In this document: positions 42,144 to 52,523 of the stretch, one piece after another | How the letters are laid out: each line of letters starts with the position of its first letter | Numbering within the stretch: the stretch's first letter is position 1 | Source: an uncultured Gemmatimonadaceae bacterium | GTDB lineage: Bacteria; Gemmatimonadota; Gemmatimonadetes; Gemmatimonadales; Gemmatimonadaceae | Length of the DNA stretch: 64,000 nucleotides | Reading direction: 5' to 3' | Assembly: GCA_963843845.1 (NCBI GenBank) | Contig: CAWJMB010000002.1 | Location: 3,431,597-3,495,596, forward strand | The notes under the pieces: generated by a model | Databases searched by the model: none | Seen by the model: the letters and a program-made list of their open reading frames with translations, nothing else | What the model was told of the DNA's origin: nothing | Program-made: the position numbers and the translations under genes

Positions 42144-43052
42144 GTGTCGTATCGACGGGCGCCCCGCCTCCCCCTCCCCCTCCCCCTCCACACGCTCGTG
42201 TCGCTCGCGGCGCCGCTGCTCGTCGCGTGCGGCGCCGAGCGGACCGCGCTCGACCCGATCACGCTGAGCGTCGCGCCGACGGCGATCGCGTGCGTCGCCG
42301 GCGACCAGGTCACGCTGACCGCCACCGTCACCGGCGGCCCGGCGACGACGGCGTTCACGGCGCTCGGCGGCGCGGTGTGGATCGCGAGCGCCGACCGGAC
42401 GCGCGGGGTGGCGGCCGTGGCGTGCGAGGCGGCGGGGAGCGGCCGGGTGAGCGTCGACGCCGGCGGGACACAGCTCGTCGTGCCGGCGTCGGTGCAGCCG
42501 CCCCCCGCCGGCACCCTGCACGTCAGCGTGTCGCCGTCGACGCTCTCGCTCGTGAGTGGGACGACGGCCGCCCTCACCGCGCAGGTCACGTCGACGCGGC
42601 CGGGCGTGACGACCGACGCGCGCTTCACGACTCCCGACACGAGCGTCGCATTCGTCGACTCGCTGTTCGGCATCGTGCGCGCGGTCGCGCCCGGCACGAC
42701 GACCGTGAGCGTGCAGGCACGCGGCGACCGCACGGTCCGCGTCGCCGTACCGGTCACCGTGACCCGCAGCTCGGCGCTCGTCACGTCGATCACGGCGGGG
42801 CCGTCGTCGGTCCTGCTCGTCGTCGGCGACTCGGTACGGATCGGGACGGCGGTGCAGCTCGCGACGACCGCGCCGGCCGGCACGTCGCGCGCGGTCACCT
42901 ACGAATCGAGCGATCCGGCCGTCGCGACCGTCTCCGCCGCGGGCGTCGTGCGCGGGACCGGGCAGGGGATCGCGATCGTCACGGCGGCGCCGGTCGCCGC
43001 CCCGCTGCTGCGCGCGCGCATCTTCGTCACGGTGCGCGTGCCGGCGCCGTAG
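42144..43052 (+). CDS. Ig-like (Big_2) domain lipoprotein (start uncertain)
   Basis: LLVAC lipobox; TYESSDPAVATVSAAGVV; Thr/Val-rich repeated domains. Confidence 0.75.
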   Translation: MSYRRAPRLPLPLPLHTLVSLAAPLLVACGAERTALDPITLSVAPTAIACVAGDQVTLTATVTGGPATTAFTALGGAVWIASADRTRGVAAVACEAAGSGRVSVDAGGTQLVVPASVQPPPAGTLHVSVSPSTLSLVSGTTAALTAQVTSTRPGVTTDARFTTPDTSVAFVDSLFGIVRAVAPGTTTVSVQARGDRTVRVAVPVTVTRSSALVTSITAGPSSVLLVVGDSVRIGTAVQLATTAPAGTSRAVTYESSDPAVATVSAAGVVRGTGQGIAIVTAAPVAAPLLRARIFVTVRVPAP

Positions 43053-43080
43053 CGCCACGCGCACGATCGGGTCGACGCCG

Positions 43081-43122
43081 GCGGCACGCCGCGGTGCCTG
43101 GGCGACACGCCGCGGTGCCTAA
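43081..43122. repeat. 21-bp direct repeat x2 at a convergent gene end
   Basis: GCGGCACGCCGCGGTGCCTGG and GCGACACGCCGCGGTGCCTAA. Confidence 0.75.
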
Positions 43123-44393
43123 CGGTCTGGGCACGACGCCGCCCCTCGTCGGACGACGAGCAGCACGTTCCCGACCGTCCGCTCTCCCGCGCTGTCCGAC
43201 GGCACGTTCACCACGCGCCCGCCGATCGCCATCGCCGCCGAGCCGCCGCCGTCGAGGTTCATCGCGTCCCATGCGCCGAGCGAGCGCATCGCCTCGCCGA
43301 GCTCGTGGAGCGTCATCCCGACGCTCGCCGCGCGCCGCCCGTCGACGGTCACGAGGTAGAGGGTCGCCGAGTCGCGCGAGAACCCGACCGACGTGCGCCC
43401 GTGACGACCGTGCGCGAACCGTGCGAGCAGCGACTCGAGTGTGTCGGCCCGCGCCGCGACCACCACGCCGCCATCGAGCACGCGCCCCCACCCGCCGACG
43501 AGCGTGCGCAGCGCGCCGCGGTCCGGCGTGAAGCGGAGCACCGCATCGAGCGTCGCGTTCGGCGCCATCCCGCGAGCCGCCGTCCCGTCGAACGCCAGCA
43601 GCAGCTCGGCGGCGGCGGACGAGTCGGCGATCGACAGGACGGCGCCGTTCGTCGGGATCGGCGTGCCGCCGCCCGCGCGCACCGGACCCGCGCGCTGCAG
43701 CCGCACCGTGTCGCCGCGCCGTGCGACGATCGTGAACGGCGCCTCGCGCCGGGCCCCGCGCGCCGCGCCAGCCGTGTCGACCGGCGTTCGCCGTAGACCG
43801 GCGCCGGTGTACAGCACCGCCGCCCCGCCACGCCGCGTGTTCACGCCGTCGAGCGTCCAGGCCCGGGCACCGGCCGTCAGCACGCCGTCGAACGCGAACT
43901 GCTCGATGAGCGGCCGCCCGCGCGCCGTCATCGCGAACTGCACGTGCGCGACGTCGATCGCGTCGAACGGCGAGTCGGTCGTGCGCCCCGCCTTCCACAC
44001 GACGCCGTCGACGACCTGGTTCCCCTCGTTCTCTCCCGTCGCCAGCTCGAACAGGTCGCCGTTCACCGCCGCGAGCACCCGCCGCCCCGACCGGCACCAC
44101 CGCGCGTTCAGCGCACGCGAGACGTCGCTCGGCCGACGTCTGCCGAGCAGCGTGCCGGTGGCGTGCGCGGCGTCGATCGAGAGATCGGCGCGGCGCAGGT
44201 CGACCTCGAGCACGTGCAGCACCCACGGACCCTCCGGCCGCACGACCGTTCGGTGCACGACGCCCGGCGCGAGCGTGTCGACGCGCTGCGCGGCGAGGGG
44301 GGGCGCGACGAGCGCGGTGGCGAGGAGCGCGGTGGCGACGAGCGCGGTCGTCGCGACGGTGCCTAACGGAAGCGAGCGACGCGGGACGATCAT
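43119..44393 (-). CDS. phosphodiester glycosidase (NAGPA-like) family protein
   Basis: AAVNGD, HGRTSVG, TVDGR, AMNLDGGGS. Confidence 0.88.
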   Translation of the reverse strand: MIVPRRSLPLGTVATTALVATALLATALVAPPLAAQRVDTLAPGVVHRTVVRPEGPWVLHVLEVDLRRADLSIDAAHATGTLLGRRRPSDVSRALNARWCRSGRRVLAAVNGDLFELATGENEGNQVVDGVVWKAGRTTDSPFDAIDVAHVQFAMTARGRPLIEQFAFDGVLTAGARAWTLDGVNTRRGGAAVLYTGAGLRRTPVDTAGAARGARREAPFTIVARRGDTVRLQRAGPVRAGGGTPIPTNGAVLSIADSSAAAELLLAFDGTAARGMAPNATLDAVLRFTPDRGALRTLVGGWGRVLDGGVVVAARADTLESLLARFAHGRHGRTSVGFSRDSATLYLVTVDGRRAASVGMTLHELGEAMRSLGAWDAMNLDGGGSAAMAIGGRVVNVPSDSAGERTVGNVLLVVRRGAASCPDR

Positions 44394-44491
44394 GCCGCGA
44401 CGGTAGCACGACGCGCCGCGCGCCGCAACGCACTTGCCCATCGCGGGTCCGCCGCGCAGCATAGCCGCAACCATCCTCGCGACTCCGCCCC

Positions 44492-47305
44492 ATGCCCATC
44501 GCCTCGCTCCTCCCTCCGCCCGCCGCGCGCGTCGCGGCGGTCGCGGCCGCCCTCGCGCTCGCCGCGCCGCTCGCGGCGCAGACGACCATCACCCTCGACG
44601 GCACGATCACCGCCGACGGGCAACCCGTCGCCGGCGCACAGATCACCGCGACGAACCAGGCGACGAACGAGACGCGCCGCGCCGTCACGACCGCCGCCGG
44701 CAGCTACCGCGTCCTCGGCCTCTCGTCGGGGCGCTACGTCATCAGCGTTCGCGCGATCGGCTACACGCCGACCGGCGAGGTCGTGCAGCTGGTCGTCGGG
44801 CAGCGCGCGCGGCTCGACTTCGCGCTCGAGAAAGGCTCGACCGAGCTGAGCGCGTTCACCGTCGTCGGCGAGAAGGTGAAGCAGATCGAGGTGCAGCGCC
44901 TCTCGATCTCGGCCCCCGTCGTGCGCGAGGAGATCGAGAACCTGCCGCTCAATCAGCGCGGCATCCTGAACCTCGCGTCGATCGCGCCGGGCATCAAAGC
45001 GTACGCGCCGCAGCAGGGGCGCACCCTGCCCTCGGCCGGCGCGGCGCCCGACCTCCGCTTCATCAACCTCTACCTCGACGGCGTCGAGATGAAGTCGATG
45101 TTCAACGGCAACATCGTCGGGTTGGGTCAAACGGGGAGTCCCGTTCCGCAGGACGGGCTCGAAGAGTTTCGTGTCTTCCTGAACCCATATGACGCCGAGT
45201 ACTCGCACGCGGGGTCGTACGTCATCAGCGCCGTCACGCGCCGCGGCACGAACAAGTGGGAAGGCTCGGCGTTCGGCTTCTTCCAGAACAAGGACGCGGT
45301 CGGGCGCACGTTCATCCAGCGCAACGCGGCGACGCCGGCGCCGAACTTCGGGCGCGAGCAGGCGGGGTTCAACGTCCGCGGCCCGCTCAAGAAGGACAAG
45401 CTCTTCCTCGCCGCGAGCTACGAGCTGACGAACACGCGCTTCTATCTCGACGTGAACCCCGGCCGGCCGGCGGTGCGGCCCGCGATCTGGGACGCGTACC
45501 GCGGCTCGTTCCTCGCGCCGAACCGCAACCACGCCGCCGTGGCGCGGGTGACGTGGGTGCCGAACGACAAGCACACGGTCGACGGCACGTGGTCGACGCG
45601 CTACCTGAGCGGCGAAGGCAACTTCGGCGTCACCGCGTCGCGCGACGCCGGCATCAGCCAGAAGTACTTCGTGAACGTCGCCCAGATCCGCGACCGCTGG
45701 CTGCCGACGAGCCGCATGGTGAACGAGGCGAGCGTGCAGCTCGTGAGCTGGTATCACAACGAGGCGCCGCTGCTGCAGGGGCCGGTCAGGATCTACCCGA
45801 GCATCACGATCGGCACCGGCGGCTTCCCGCTCGTGCTGCGCGAGACGCACCTCCGCGCCGTCGACCGCGCGACGTTCACGGCGGGACGGCACCTGCTCAA
45901 GGCCGGCCTCGAGGCGAGCCGCGTGAACGCCAGCCAGTTCCTGCCGTCGAATCAGTACGGCTCGTTCTCCTTCCCGACCGACACGAGCACGCTGCCGAAC
46001 GCGGCGACGGTCGGCGTCGGCTTCTACGACGCGACGTCGACGAGCGACGCGAAGGCCGCGCTCTCGGGCACGGTGCTGGGCGCCTACCTGAACGACGAGT
46101 GGCGCCCGCTGCCGAACGTCACACTGAACGCCGGCGTCCGCTACGACGTCGAGCTGAACACGCTGAACAACGACTTCACGGTGCCGTGGGCGAACGACGC
46201 ACAGCTCGTCAGCGCGCTGCAGACGGCCGGCTACGGCGCGTGGATCAACCGCGGCGACCGCAAGAACGATCTGAACAACATCAGTCCGCGCGTCTCGTTC
46301 TCGTGGGACCCGCTCAACGACAGCAAGACCTTCCTCCGCGGCGGCTTCGGCATCATCTACGACCGCGCGACGAGCATGATCGGCTTCGGCGAGCGGCTGA
46401 ACGCGGGGTGGCGGCAGTACAACTTCGTGAACCCGGGCACGACCGACGCGAACGTGCTGCGGCAGCGCGTCGTCTCGGGCACGGTCGCCGTGACGCCGGG
46501 GCTCGTGCTCGCGAAGAACCTCATGCGCACGCCCAAGAACACGCAGTGGTCGGCCGGCGTCGGACACCAGTTCACGCGGTCGCTCGGGCTCAACGTCGAC
46601 TACATCGACCAGCACATGAGCGACCTCTACGTGCGCCTCAACCCGAACTACTTCAACACGACGACGCGCGCCCGCACGCTCACGCCGCGCTACGGCGACA
46701 TCGCGCTGTGGGACGACTTCGGGCGCTCGACGTTCCGCGGCGTGTTGAGCCAGGCGACCTACGCGCAGGGGCGCTCGCGCGCGAGTCTCGCCTACACGCT
46801 CGGCTGGTACAAGGCGGACTTCGACGGCAACATCGCGCCGGCGTTCCCGTTCCGCAGCACGTACGACATGCAGTACACGTCGGGCGACGAGCGGCACCGC
46901 GTCGTGCTGAGCGAGCTGACGCCGATCCCGCTCGGCTTCATGTTCTCGAGCGTCACGACGATCGCGAGCCCGCGCCCCGTGGCGGTGACCGACGGCCGCG
47001 ACCTGAACGCGGACAACATCTTCACCGACGACTTCCCGAACGGCGTCCGCACGGTGCGGCCGTCGAACGCCTGGAAGAACTGGTACCGCACCGTCGACGT
47101 CCGCCTCGCGCGCCCGCTCTTCTCGGCGAACGGCCGCAAGCTCACGGCCACGTTCGAGCTCTTCAACGTCTTCAACGCCGACAACATCTCGGGCTTCGGC
47201 ACGCGCCAGTTCGACGCGGCGGGACGCCCGATCACGAACTACCTGACGGCGATCTCGGCGTTCGCGGCGAGGCAGGCGCAGCTGGGCGTGCGGGCGGACT
47301 TCTGA
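44492..47305 (+). CDS. TonB-dependent receptor (Oar-like)
   Basis: Signal peptide, IENLPLNQR, YDAEYS, TRRGTN, LNAGVRYD, NNISPRV, C-terminal Phe. Confidence 0.92.
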   Translation: MPIASLLPPPAARVAAVAAALALAAPLAAQTTITLDGTITADGQPVAGAQITATNQATNETRRAVTTAAGSYRVLGLSSGRYVISVRAIGYTPTGEVVQLVVGQRARLDFALEKGSTELSAFTVVGEKVKQIEVQRLSISAPVVREEIENLPLNQRGILNLASIAPGIKAYAPQQGRTLPSAGAAPDLRFINLYLDGVEMKSMFNGNIVGLGQTGSPVPQDGLEEFRVFLNPYDAEYSHAGSYVISAVTRRGTNKWEGSAFGFFQNKDAVGRTFIQRNAATPAPNFGREQAGFNVRGPLKKDKLFLAASYELTNTRFYLDVNPGRPAVRPAIWDAYRGSFLAPNRNHAAVARVTWVPNDKHTVDGTWSTRYLSGEGNFGVTASRDAGISQKYFVNVAQIRDRWLPTSRMVNEASVQLVSWYHNEAPLLQGPVRIYPSITIGTGGFPLVLRETHLRAVDRATFTAGRHLLKAGLEASRVNASQFLPSNQYGSFSFPTDTSTLPNAATVGVGFYDATSTSDAKAALSGTVLGAYLNDEWRPLPNVTLNAGVRYDVELNTLNNDFTVPWANDAQLVSALQTAGYGAWINRGDRKNDLNNISPRVSFSWDPLNDSKTFLRGGFGIIYDRATSMIGFGERLNAGWRQYNFVNPGTTDANVLRQRVVSGTVAVTPGLVLAKNLMRTPKNTQWSAGVGHQFTRSLGLNVDYIDQHMSDLYVRLNPNYFNTTTRARTLTPRYGDIALWDDFGRSTFRGVLSQATYAQGRSRASLAYTLGWYKADFDGNIAPAFPFRSTYDMQYTSGDERHRVVLSELTPIPLGFMFSSVTTIASPRPVAVTDGRDLNADNIFTDDFPNGVRTVRPSNAWKNWYRTVDVRLARPLFSANGRKLTATFELFNVFNADNISGFGTRQFDAAGRPITNYLTAISAFAARQAQLGVRADF

Positions 47306-47318
47306 GGAGGGCCGGCCG

Positions 47319-47714
47319 CTACTTCTTGCACAGATGGTCGTACGCCACCTTCGTCATCGACCCCCCGAGCACGGGGCCGAAGCCGGGGGCCTGCGCGACC
47401 GAGCGCTGAAAGACCTTGTCGGTCCGCTCGTCGTGGTAGTAGACGTTCTCCTTGACCGCGACCATCGCGCGCGCGCAGTCGAAGGTCATCTTGGTGCGCG
47501 AGCTGGTGACGTCGCCGGCGGGCATCTTCTTCGGCTTCACGAACTGCACGCGCACCGTCGCGTCGACCGTCGTGCCGCTCCGCTTCACGCTCTTCGGCGC
47601 GAGCTGCACGACGTTCCCGTCGGCCGTCGCGCCGATCGGCTGCCACTTCGTCTGCGCGGCGAGCGGCGTCGCGGCGAGGAGCGCGAGCGCGAGGAGCTGG
47701 GTGGTGTTGGGCAT
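47319..47714 (-). CDS. surface-adhesin E-like secreted protein
   Basis: Signal peptide, WQPIG, FDC and terminal HLC pair. Confidence 0.6.
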   Translation of the reverse strand: MPNTTQLLALALLAATPLAAQTKWQPIGATADGNVVQLAPKSVKRSGTTVDATVRVQFVKPKKMPAGDVTSSRTKMTFDCARAMVAVKENVYYHDERTDKVFQRSVAQAPGFGPVLGGSMTKVAYDHLCKK

Positions 47715-47852
47715 GATTCAAGATAGGGCTCGGCGAGAGAATGGACACGCGTGCGCCGAAAGGGCACGATCCGCCGGGTAGACTGCGGGTTGCGGTCCTT
47801 CGGCGCATTCGGCCATCCTCGGTGCACGCGACCCCTTCTCGTTCACAGCCCC

Positions 47853-48914
47853 ATGCCTAACGCCACGCGCCTCGCCCTCGTGCTCCTCCTGCTCGGCTGC
47901 GCGCGTCGCGAGACGCCGACGTTCGCGCCGGCGGCCGGCTGGTCCACACAGCGGAGCGGCGGCACGGCGTCGCTGCGCGGCGTGAGCGCCGTGAGCGGGC
48001 AGGTCGCGTGGGCGAGTGGCAGCCGCAACACGATCCTCCGGACCGTCGACGGCGGCGCGACGTGGTCGGCGCGCCCCGTCCCCGGCGCCGACTCGCTCGA
48101 CTTCCGCTCGATCCGCGCCCTCGACGCCGCGACGGCCTACGTCGCGAGCGCGGGCGACGGCGCCGCCGGGCAGGCGCGGATCTACAAGACGGTCGACGGC
48201 GGCGCGACGTGGGCGCTGGTGCTCGCCGACTCGACGCGCGGCGCGTTCTTCGACGCGCTCGGCTTCTGGGACCGCGACCACGGGCTCGTGCTGAGCGACC
48301 CGGTCGGCGGACGCTTCCTCGTGCTCGCGACCGAGGACGGCGGCCGCTCGTGGCGCCGCGCCGACGTGATGCCGCCGGCGCTCGACGGGGAGGCGGCGTT
48401 CGCGGCGGGGGGCGTCGCGCTGACGGTCGCCGGACCGTCGAGCGCGTGGATCGCGACCGGCGGCACGAGCGGCGCGCGCGTCTATCGCTCGGCCGACCGC
48501 GGGCGCACCTGGATCGCGGTCGCCGTGCCGCTCGCGCCGCGCAGCGAGTCGGCCGGGCTGTTCGGCGTGGCGTTCCGCGACGACCGCGTCGGCGTCGCCG
48601 TCGGCGGCGAGTACACGCAGCCGCGCGCCGGCAGCGACCACGTCATGCGCTCGACCGACGGTGGCGAGACGTGGCTCCGCGCGCCGGCGTCGCCGGCGAC
48701 AGTGGGCTACTGGTCGGGGCTCGCCTGGGTCCGCGGCCGGCGCCCGGCGGTCGTCGCCGTCGGCGGCGCGGGGACGATGACCTCGACCGACGACGGCGCC
48801 ACGTGGACGAAGGCCGACTCGGTCGAGTACAACGCCGTCGACTTCGCGGCCCCGGACGCCGGGTGGGCCGTCGGGCCGCGCGGGCGGATCGCGCGGTGGC
48901 GCGGACGGCGGTGA
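47853..48914 (+). CDS. BNR/YCF48-like beta-propeller lipoprotein
   Basis: Repeated T.DGG.TW Asp-box motifs; LLGC lipobox; EAAFAA. Confidence 0.85.
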   Translation: MPNATRLALVLLLLGCARRETPTFAPAAGWSTQRSGGTASLRGVSAVSGQVAWASGSRNTILRTVDGGATWSARPVPGADSLDFRSIRALDAATAYVASAGDGAAGQARIYKTVDGGATWALVLADSTRGAFFDALGFWDRDHGLVLSDPVGGRFLVLATEDGGRSWRRADVMPPALDGEAAFAAGGVALTVAGPSSAWIATGGTSGARVYRSADRGRTWIAVAVPLAPRSESAGLFGVAFRDDRVGVAVGGEYTQPRAGSDHVMRSTDGGETWLRAPASPATVGYWSGLAWVRGRRPAVVAVGGAGTMTSTDDGATWTKADSVEYNAVDFAAPDAGWAVGPRGRIARWRGRR

Positions 48915-49077
48915 CTGCGCGGAGCGACCGGGCGGAGGGCGGGTATCGCCGCGAACGTCCCGCGCATCAGACGACCATTCGGGCGGTCCATGGTGACGAG
49001 ACGTCGGTCAGCACCGAGGTCCCGGGTCCATGGCCCGACCGAATCGTCCCTCGATGATCGACTCGGCGCCGACCCGC

Positions 49078-49557
49078 TCAGACGGTCGTGGGACGCGCTC
49101 CTCCGATCGCCGTCGTGAGCTCCGACGTGCAGTGCGGGCAGCGCAGCGCCGAGATCGAGACGGTCAGCGTGCAGTATGGGCAGGGCTTCGAGTCGGGCGT
49201 CGGCGGGGCGGGCTGATGGTAGAGCTTGTTCACGAGGCGCACGAGCATGAATACGGCGAGCGCGATGACGAGGAACGTCACGACCGTGTTCAGGAAGTGC
49301 CCGTAGGCCAGCGTCGTGGCGCCGGCGTCCTTCGCTGCGGCGAGCGACGCGTACGGCGCGGCGGCCTTGGCGCCGTTCTTCAGCACGACGAACTGATTCG
49401 TGAAGTCGATGCCGCCGGTCAGGAGCCCGATCGGCGGCATGATGACATCTTCGACGAGCGCCGTGACGACCGACCCGAACGCCGCGCCGACGATGACGCC
49501 GACGGCGAGGTCCATCACGTTCCCACGCATCACGAACGCTTTGAAATCATTCCACAT
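49078..49557 (-). CDS. mscL: large-conductance mechanosensitive channel with C-terminal zinc ribbon
   Basis: FKAFVMRGNVMDLAVGVIVGAAF, YGHFL; CPYC...CPHC tail. Confidence 0.95.
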   Translation of the reverse strand: MWNDFKAFVMRGNVMDLAVGVIVGAAFGSVVTALVEDVIMPPIGLLTGGIDFTNQFVVLKNGAKAAAPYASLAAAKDAGATTLAYGHFLNTVVTFLVIALAVFMLVRLVNKLYHQPAPPTPDSKPCPYCTLTVSISALRCPHCTSELTTAIGGARPTTV

Positions 49558-50176
49558 CGTGTTCCGCTCCGAGTTCAGGTAGGGAGAGTGCCGCAGCGTC
49601 GGACGACCGGGCGTAACGGTGTACGTCACGGAACAGCCCCGCCAGCGCGTCGAGCTGGAAATGCGCGTTGAGACCGCTCGGATTCGGCAGGACGAATATC
49701 GACGACGCGCCGATCCGCTCCGGCTGAAGCCCGAGCGCCGCCCGCGGTCGCTGGAACGCCGCCCGGTATGCCGTGACGCCGAGGACCGCGAGGACCCGCG
49801 GCTGGTAGCGGCGGACCTTCCGCACGAGGGCGCGTCCGCCGTCGACGAGCTCGTCCGGCGTCAGCTCGGCCGCCGTCGCGGTGGTGCGGGGCACGACGTT
49901 CGTGATGCCGACCCCGCCGTCCAGGAGGAGACGTTCCTCGGAGGGGTGAAGCAGCCGGTCGGTGATCCCGGCGGCGTGGAGGGCCGGCCAGAAGCGGTTG
50001 CCGGGGCGTGCGAAGTGATTGCCGGTGAACGCAGTGTAGAGTCCCGGATTGATGCCGCAGAAGAGCAGCGTCAGCCCTGGAGCGATGACGTCCTCGACGA
50101 CGCGGTCGACCGCGTCGAGCAGTTCGGCGCGCGTCGGACGCGCGCTGGCGCGGGCGGGCGGCGGGGGTCGGGTCAC
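49547..50176 (-). CDS. mug: G/U mismatch-specific DNA glycosylase
   Basis: GINPG, HFARPGNRFW, LPNPSGLN. Confidence 0.93.
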   Translation of the reverse strand: MTRPPPPARASARPTRAELLDAVDRVVEDVIAPGLTLLFCGINPGLYTAFTGNHFARPGNRFWPALHAAGITDRLLHPSEERLLLDGGVGITNVVPRTTATAAELTPDELVDGGRALVRKVRRYQPRVLAVLGVTAYRAAFQRPRAALGLQPERIGASSIFVLPNPSGLNAHFQLDALAGLFRDVHRYARSSDAAALSLPELGAEHDVE

Positions 50177-50512
50177 AGTCGCGTGTGCGGTCGAGCGTAC
50201 GGACGATCCTGTCGCGGGCGTGGCGCTTGCCGACCTCGAGAATCCGGACGAGGTTACCGACGCCCTGGTGGACCGCGACGCGGCGGTGCCGCGGTGGTCG
50301 GAACTCTAGCAAGGAGCCGCTCCTGGCGACTGCGCGTCCCCGCGCGACCACACGATCCGCCTCGTCGAGGCTGCCCGACTGACGTCGGCGCGTCGCGTCG
50401 CGCCGACGACGAGCGGAGGCCCGACGCGGAGAGGTCGTTCGCGTTCGGCCGGCTCACCGTGCACCGTACCGGCCAGACGGGAATCGCCTCGGCCCTCACT
50501 TCCATCCTCCAG

Positions 50513-51034
50513 ATGACGACAGACCTTCGCTACCCGATCGGCCGCCCGACGCCCCCGGACGGTCCGACGGCATACGCCGCGTGCATCGACGCGATCGAGC
50601 GACTGCCGGCCGAGCTGCGCGCGGCCGCCGGCGGGCTGACCGATGCGCAGCTCGACACGCCGTACCGCGACGGCGGGTGGACGGTGCGACAGGTCGTGCA
50701 CCACGTCGCCGACAGCCACATGACCGCGTTCCTCCGATTCAAGCTCGCGCTGACCGAGGAGATGCCGCGCATCAAGCCGTACCACGAGGCGCGGTGGGCC
50801 GAGCTCGCCGACGCGGCGCTACCGATCGAGCCGTCGCTGACGCTGCTCGACGCGCTGCACCTGCGGTGGACGGCACTCCTCCGCGCCATCCCCGACGGCG
50901 ACTACGAGGCGCGCGGCTACGATCACCCCGAGAACGGATCGACGCCGCTGCGCACCGCGTTGGGCGTGTACGCGTGGCACGGCCGGCACCACGTCGCGCA
51001 CGTCGCCGGACTCCGCGAGCGGATGGGGTGGTGA
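50513..51034 (+). CDS. YfiT/BstA-like DinB-family metal-dependent thiol transferase
   Basis: DLRYPIG, GWTVRQVVHHVADSH, YAWHGRHH. Confidence 0.9.
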   Translation: MTTDLRYPIGRPTPPDGPTAYAACIDAIERLPAELRAAAGGLTDAQLDTPYRDGGWTVRQVVHHVADSHMTAFLRFKLALTEEMPRIKPYHEARWAELADAALPIEPSLTLLDALHLRWTALLRAIPDGDYEARGYDHPENGSTPLRTALGVYAWHGRHHVAHVAGLRERMGW

Positions 51035-52026
51035 TCGGCGCGCACCGGCGCCTCGGCACGCACACGGTCGACACGCGCGACGCGGCGCCGGACCTGTTCC
51101 GCGACGTCAGCGCGACCGACTGGTCGACGCTCCGCTGGGGCGCCGTCAAGCGGCCGTACACGGTCGACACGTGGTCCGAGGACAAGCTCGCCTGGGAGCG
51201 CGACTCCGGGCAGCCGATGTCGGTGCTCGACGGGTGGAAGCGCTTCAACCAGAACTTCCACGAGCTGTTCTCGACCGACGTGCCGGCCGCGCAGGCGCGG
51301 GCGCGCGACGAGCTCAGGTCCGCCCTGGCGTCGTTCGACCTGCACGCCGCGGGCGAGGCGATCGAGGAGCTGGTGCAGCTCGCCGTCTGGAACAAGGTGC
51401 ACCGCGTCGAGGACGCCGTGTGGGACCCGCGCGGCAAGCGCGCCCTCTTCGGTGCGCTGGACGTCGCACGCCCACGCATCCTGTTCCTCGGTGCGGCGGA
51501 AGGCTACGAGGCGATGCAGCTGCTCGCGATGTACCCCGGCGGCCACGCGACGCTCGTCGACTACGACCCGTTCTGCCGCGACGTGCGCTTCGCCGAGTTC
51601 CCCGACGACTATCCGTTCCTCGGCGCGGACCCGACGACGGGGCACCGGCGCGTCTGGCACAAGCCGGACATGTCCATCGACTACGTCGTGTCCGACATCC
51701 GCGATCTGCCGTACGGCGCGGAGTTCGACATCGTGCTGAGCGTCGGACTGATCGAGCACTTCCCGGACGAGTACAAACCGCTCTGCTTCGACTTCCACCG
51801 CCGCTTCGTGAAGCCGGGCGGATGGGTCGTGATGACGACGCCGCGCGACCAGGCTCGTAGTCGCGTCTACTACTCGCTGATGTCGGACCGGCTCAACTTC
51901 GGCTACCGCGAGCTGATGAACGTGTGGCAGATGGGACTGTACGCGACCGAGAACGGCTTCGACATTCGACGCGCCGGCGTCATCAAGGCGCACAACGGCC
52001 TGATCACGAAGGTCCGCGCCGCGTGA
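51031..52026 (+). CDS. class I SAM-dependent methyltransferase with helical N-terminal extension
   Basis: ILFLGAAEG, FDIVLSVGLIEHF, VKPGG; overlaps both neighbours by 4 nt. Confidence 0.8.
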   Translation: MIGAHRRLGTHTVDTRDAAPDLFRDVSATDWSTLRWGAVKRPYTVDTWSEDKLAWERDSGQPMSVLDGWKRFNQNFHELFSTDVPAAQARARDELRSALASFDLHAAGEAIEELVQLAVWNKVHRVEDAVWDPRGKRALFGALDVARPRILFLGAAEGYEAMQLLAMYPGGHATLVDYDPFCRDVRFAEFPDDYPFLGADPTTGHRRVWHKPDMSIDYVVSDIRDLPYGAEFDIVLSVGLIEHFPDEYKPLCFDFHRRFVKPGGWVVMTTPRDQARSRVYYSLMSDRLNFGYRELMNVWQMGLYATENGFDIRRAGVIKAHNGLITKVRAA

Positions 52027-52523
52027 GCCTCCGGATCCGTCCGGCGACCGCCGACGACGCGGCGCTCGTCGTCCACTTCATTCGCGGCCTCGCCGAGTAC
52101 GAGCGACTGGCGCACGAATGTGAGGCGACCGAGGCGCGGGTGCGCGAGACACTGTTCGGCGCCGAGCCGCAGGCCGAAGTCGTGATCGCCGAGGTCGGGG
52201 GGGCGCCGGCCGGCTTCGCGCTGTTCTTCCACAGTTACTCGACGTTCCTCGCGCGGCGCGGACTGTACCTCGAAGACCTGTTCGTTCTCCCCGAGTACCG
52301 CGGCCAGGGCGTCGGGCGCGCGCTGCTCGCGCATCTGGCACGGATCGCCGTCGACCGCGGCTGCGGGCGCCTCGAGTGGTCGGTGCTCGACTGGAACGAG
52401 CCGGCGATCCGCTTCTACCGATCGCTCGGCGCCGCGCCGATGCACGAGTGGACCGTGCAGCGACTGAGCGGCGCCGCACTGACCGCGCTGGCGCTCACAT
52501 CCAGAACATCCACTGCTTCGTGA
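52023..52523 (+). CDS. GNAT family (diamine N-acetyltransferase-like) protein
   Basis: LAEYE, YSTF, LYLEDLFV...RGQGVG, WSVLDWN.PAI.FY. Confidence 0.9.
   Translation: MSLRIRPATADDAALVVHFIRGLAEYERLAHECEATEARVRETLFGAEPQAEVVIAEVGGAPAGFALFFHSYSTFLARRGLYLEDLFVLPEYRGQGVGRALLAHLARIAVDRGCGRLEWSVLDWNEPAIRFYRSLGAAPMHEWTVQRLSGAALTALALTSRTSTAS

Noticed and set aside
50177..50512. Possible small gene between mug and the YfiT-like gene
   Set aside because: No frame gives a recognisable or compositionally convincing protein.
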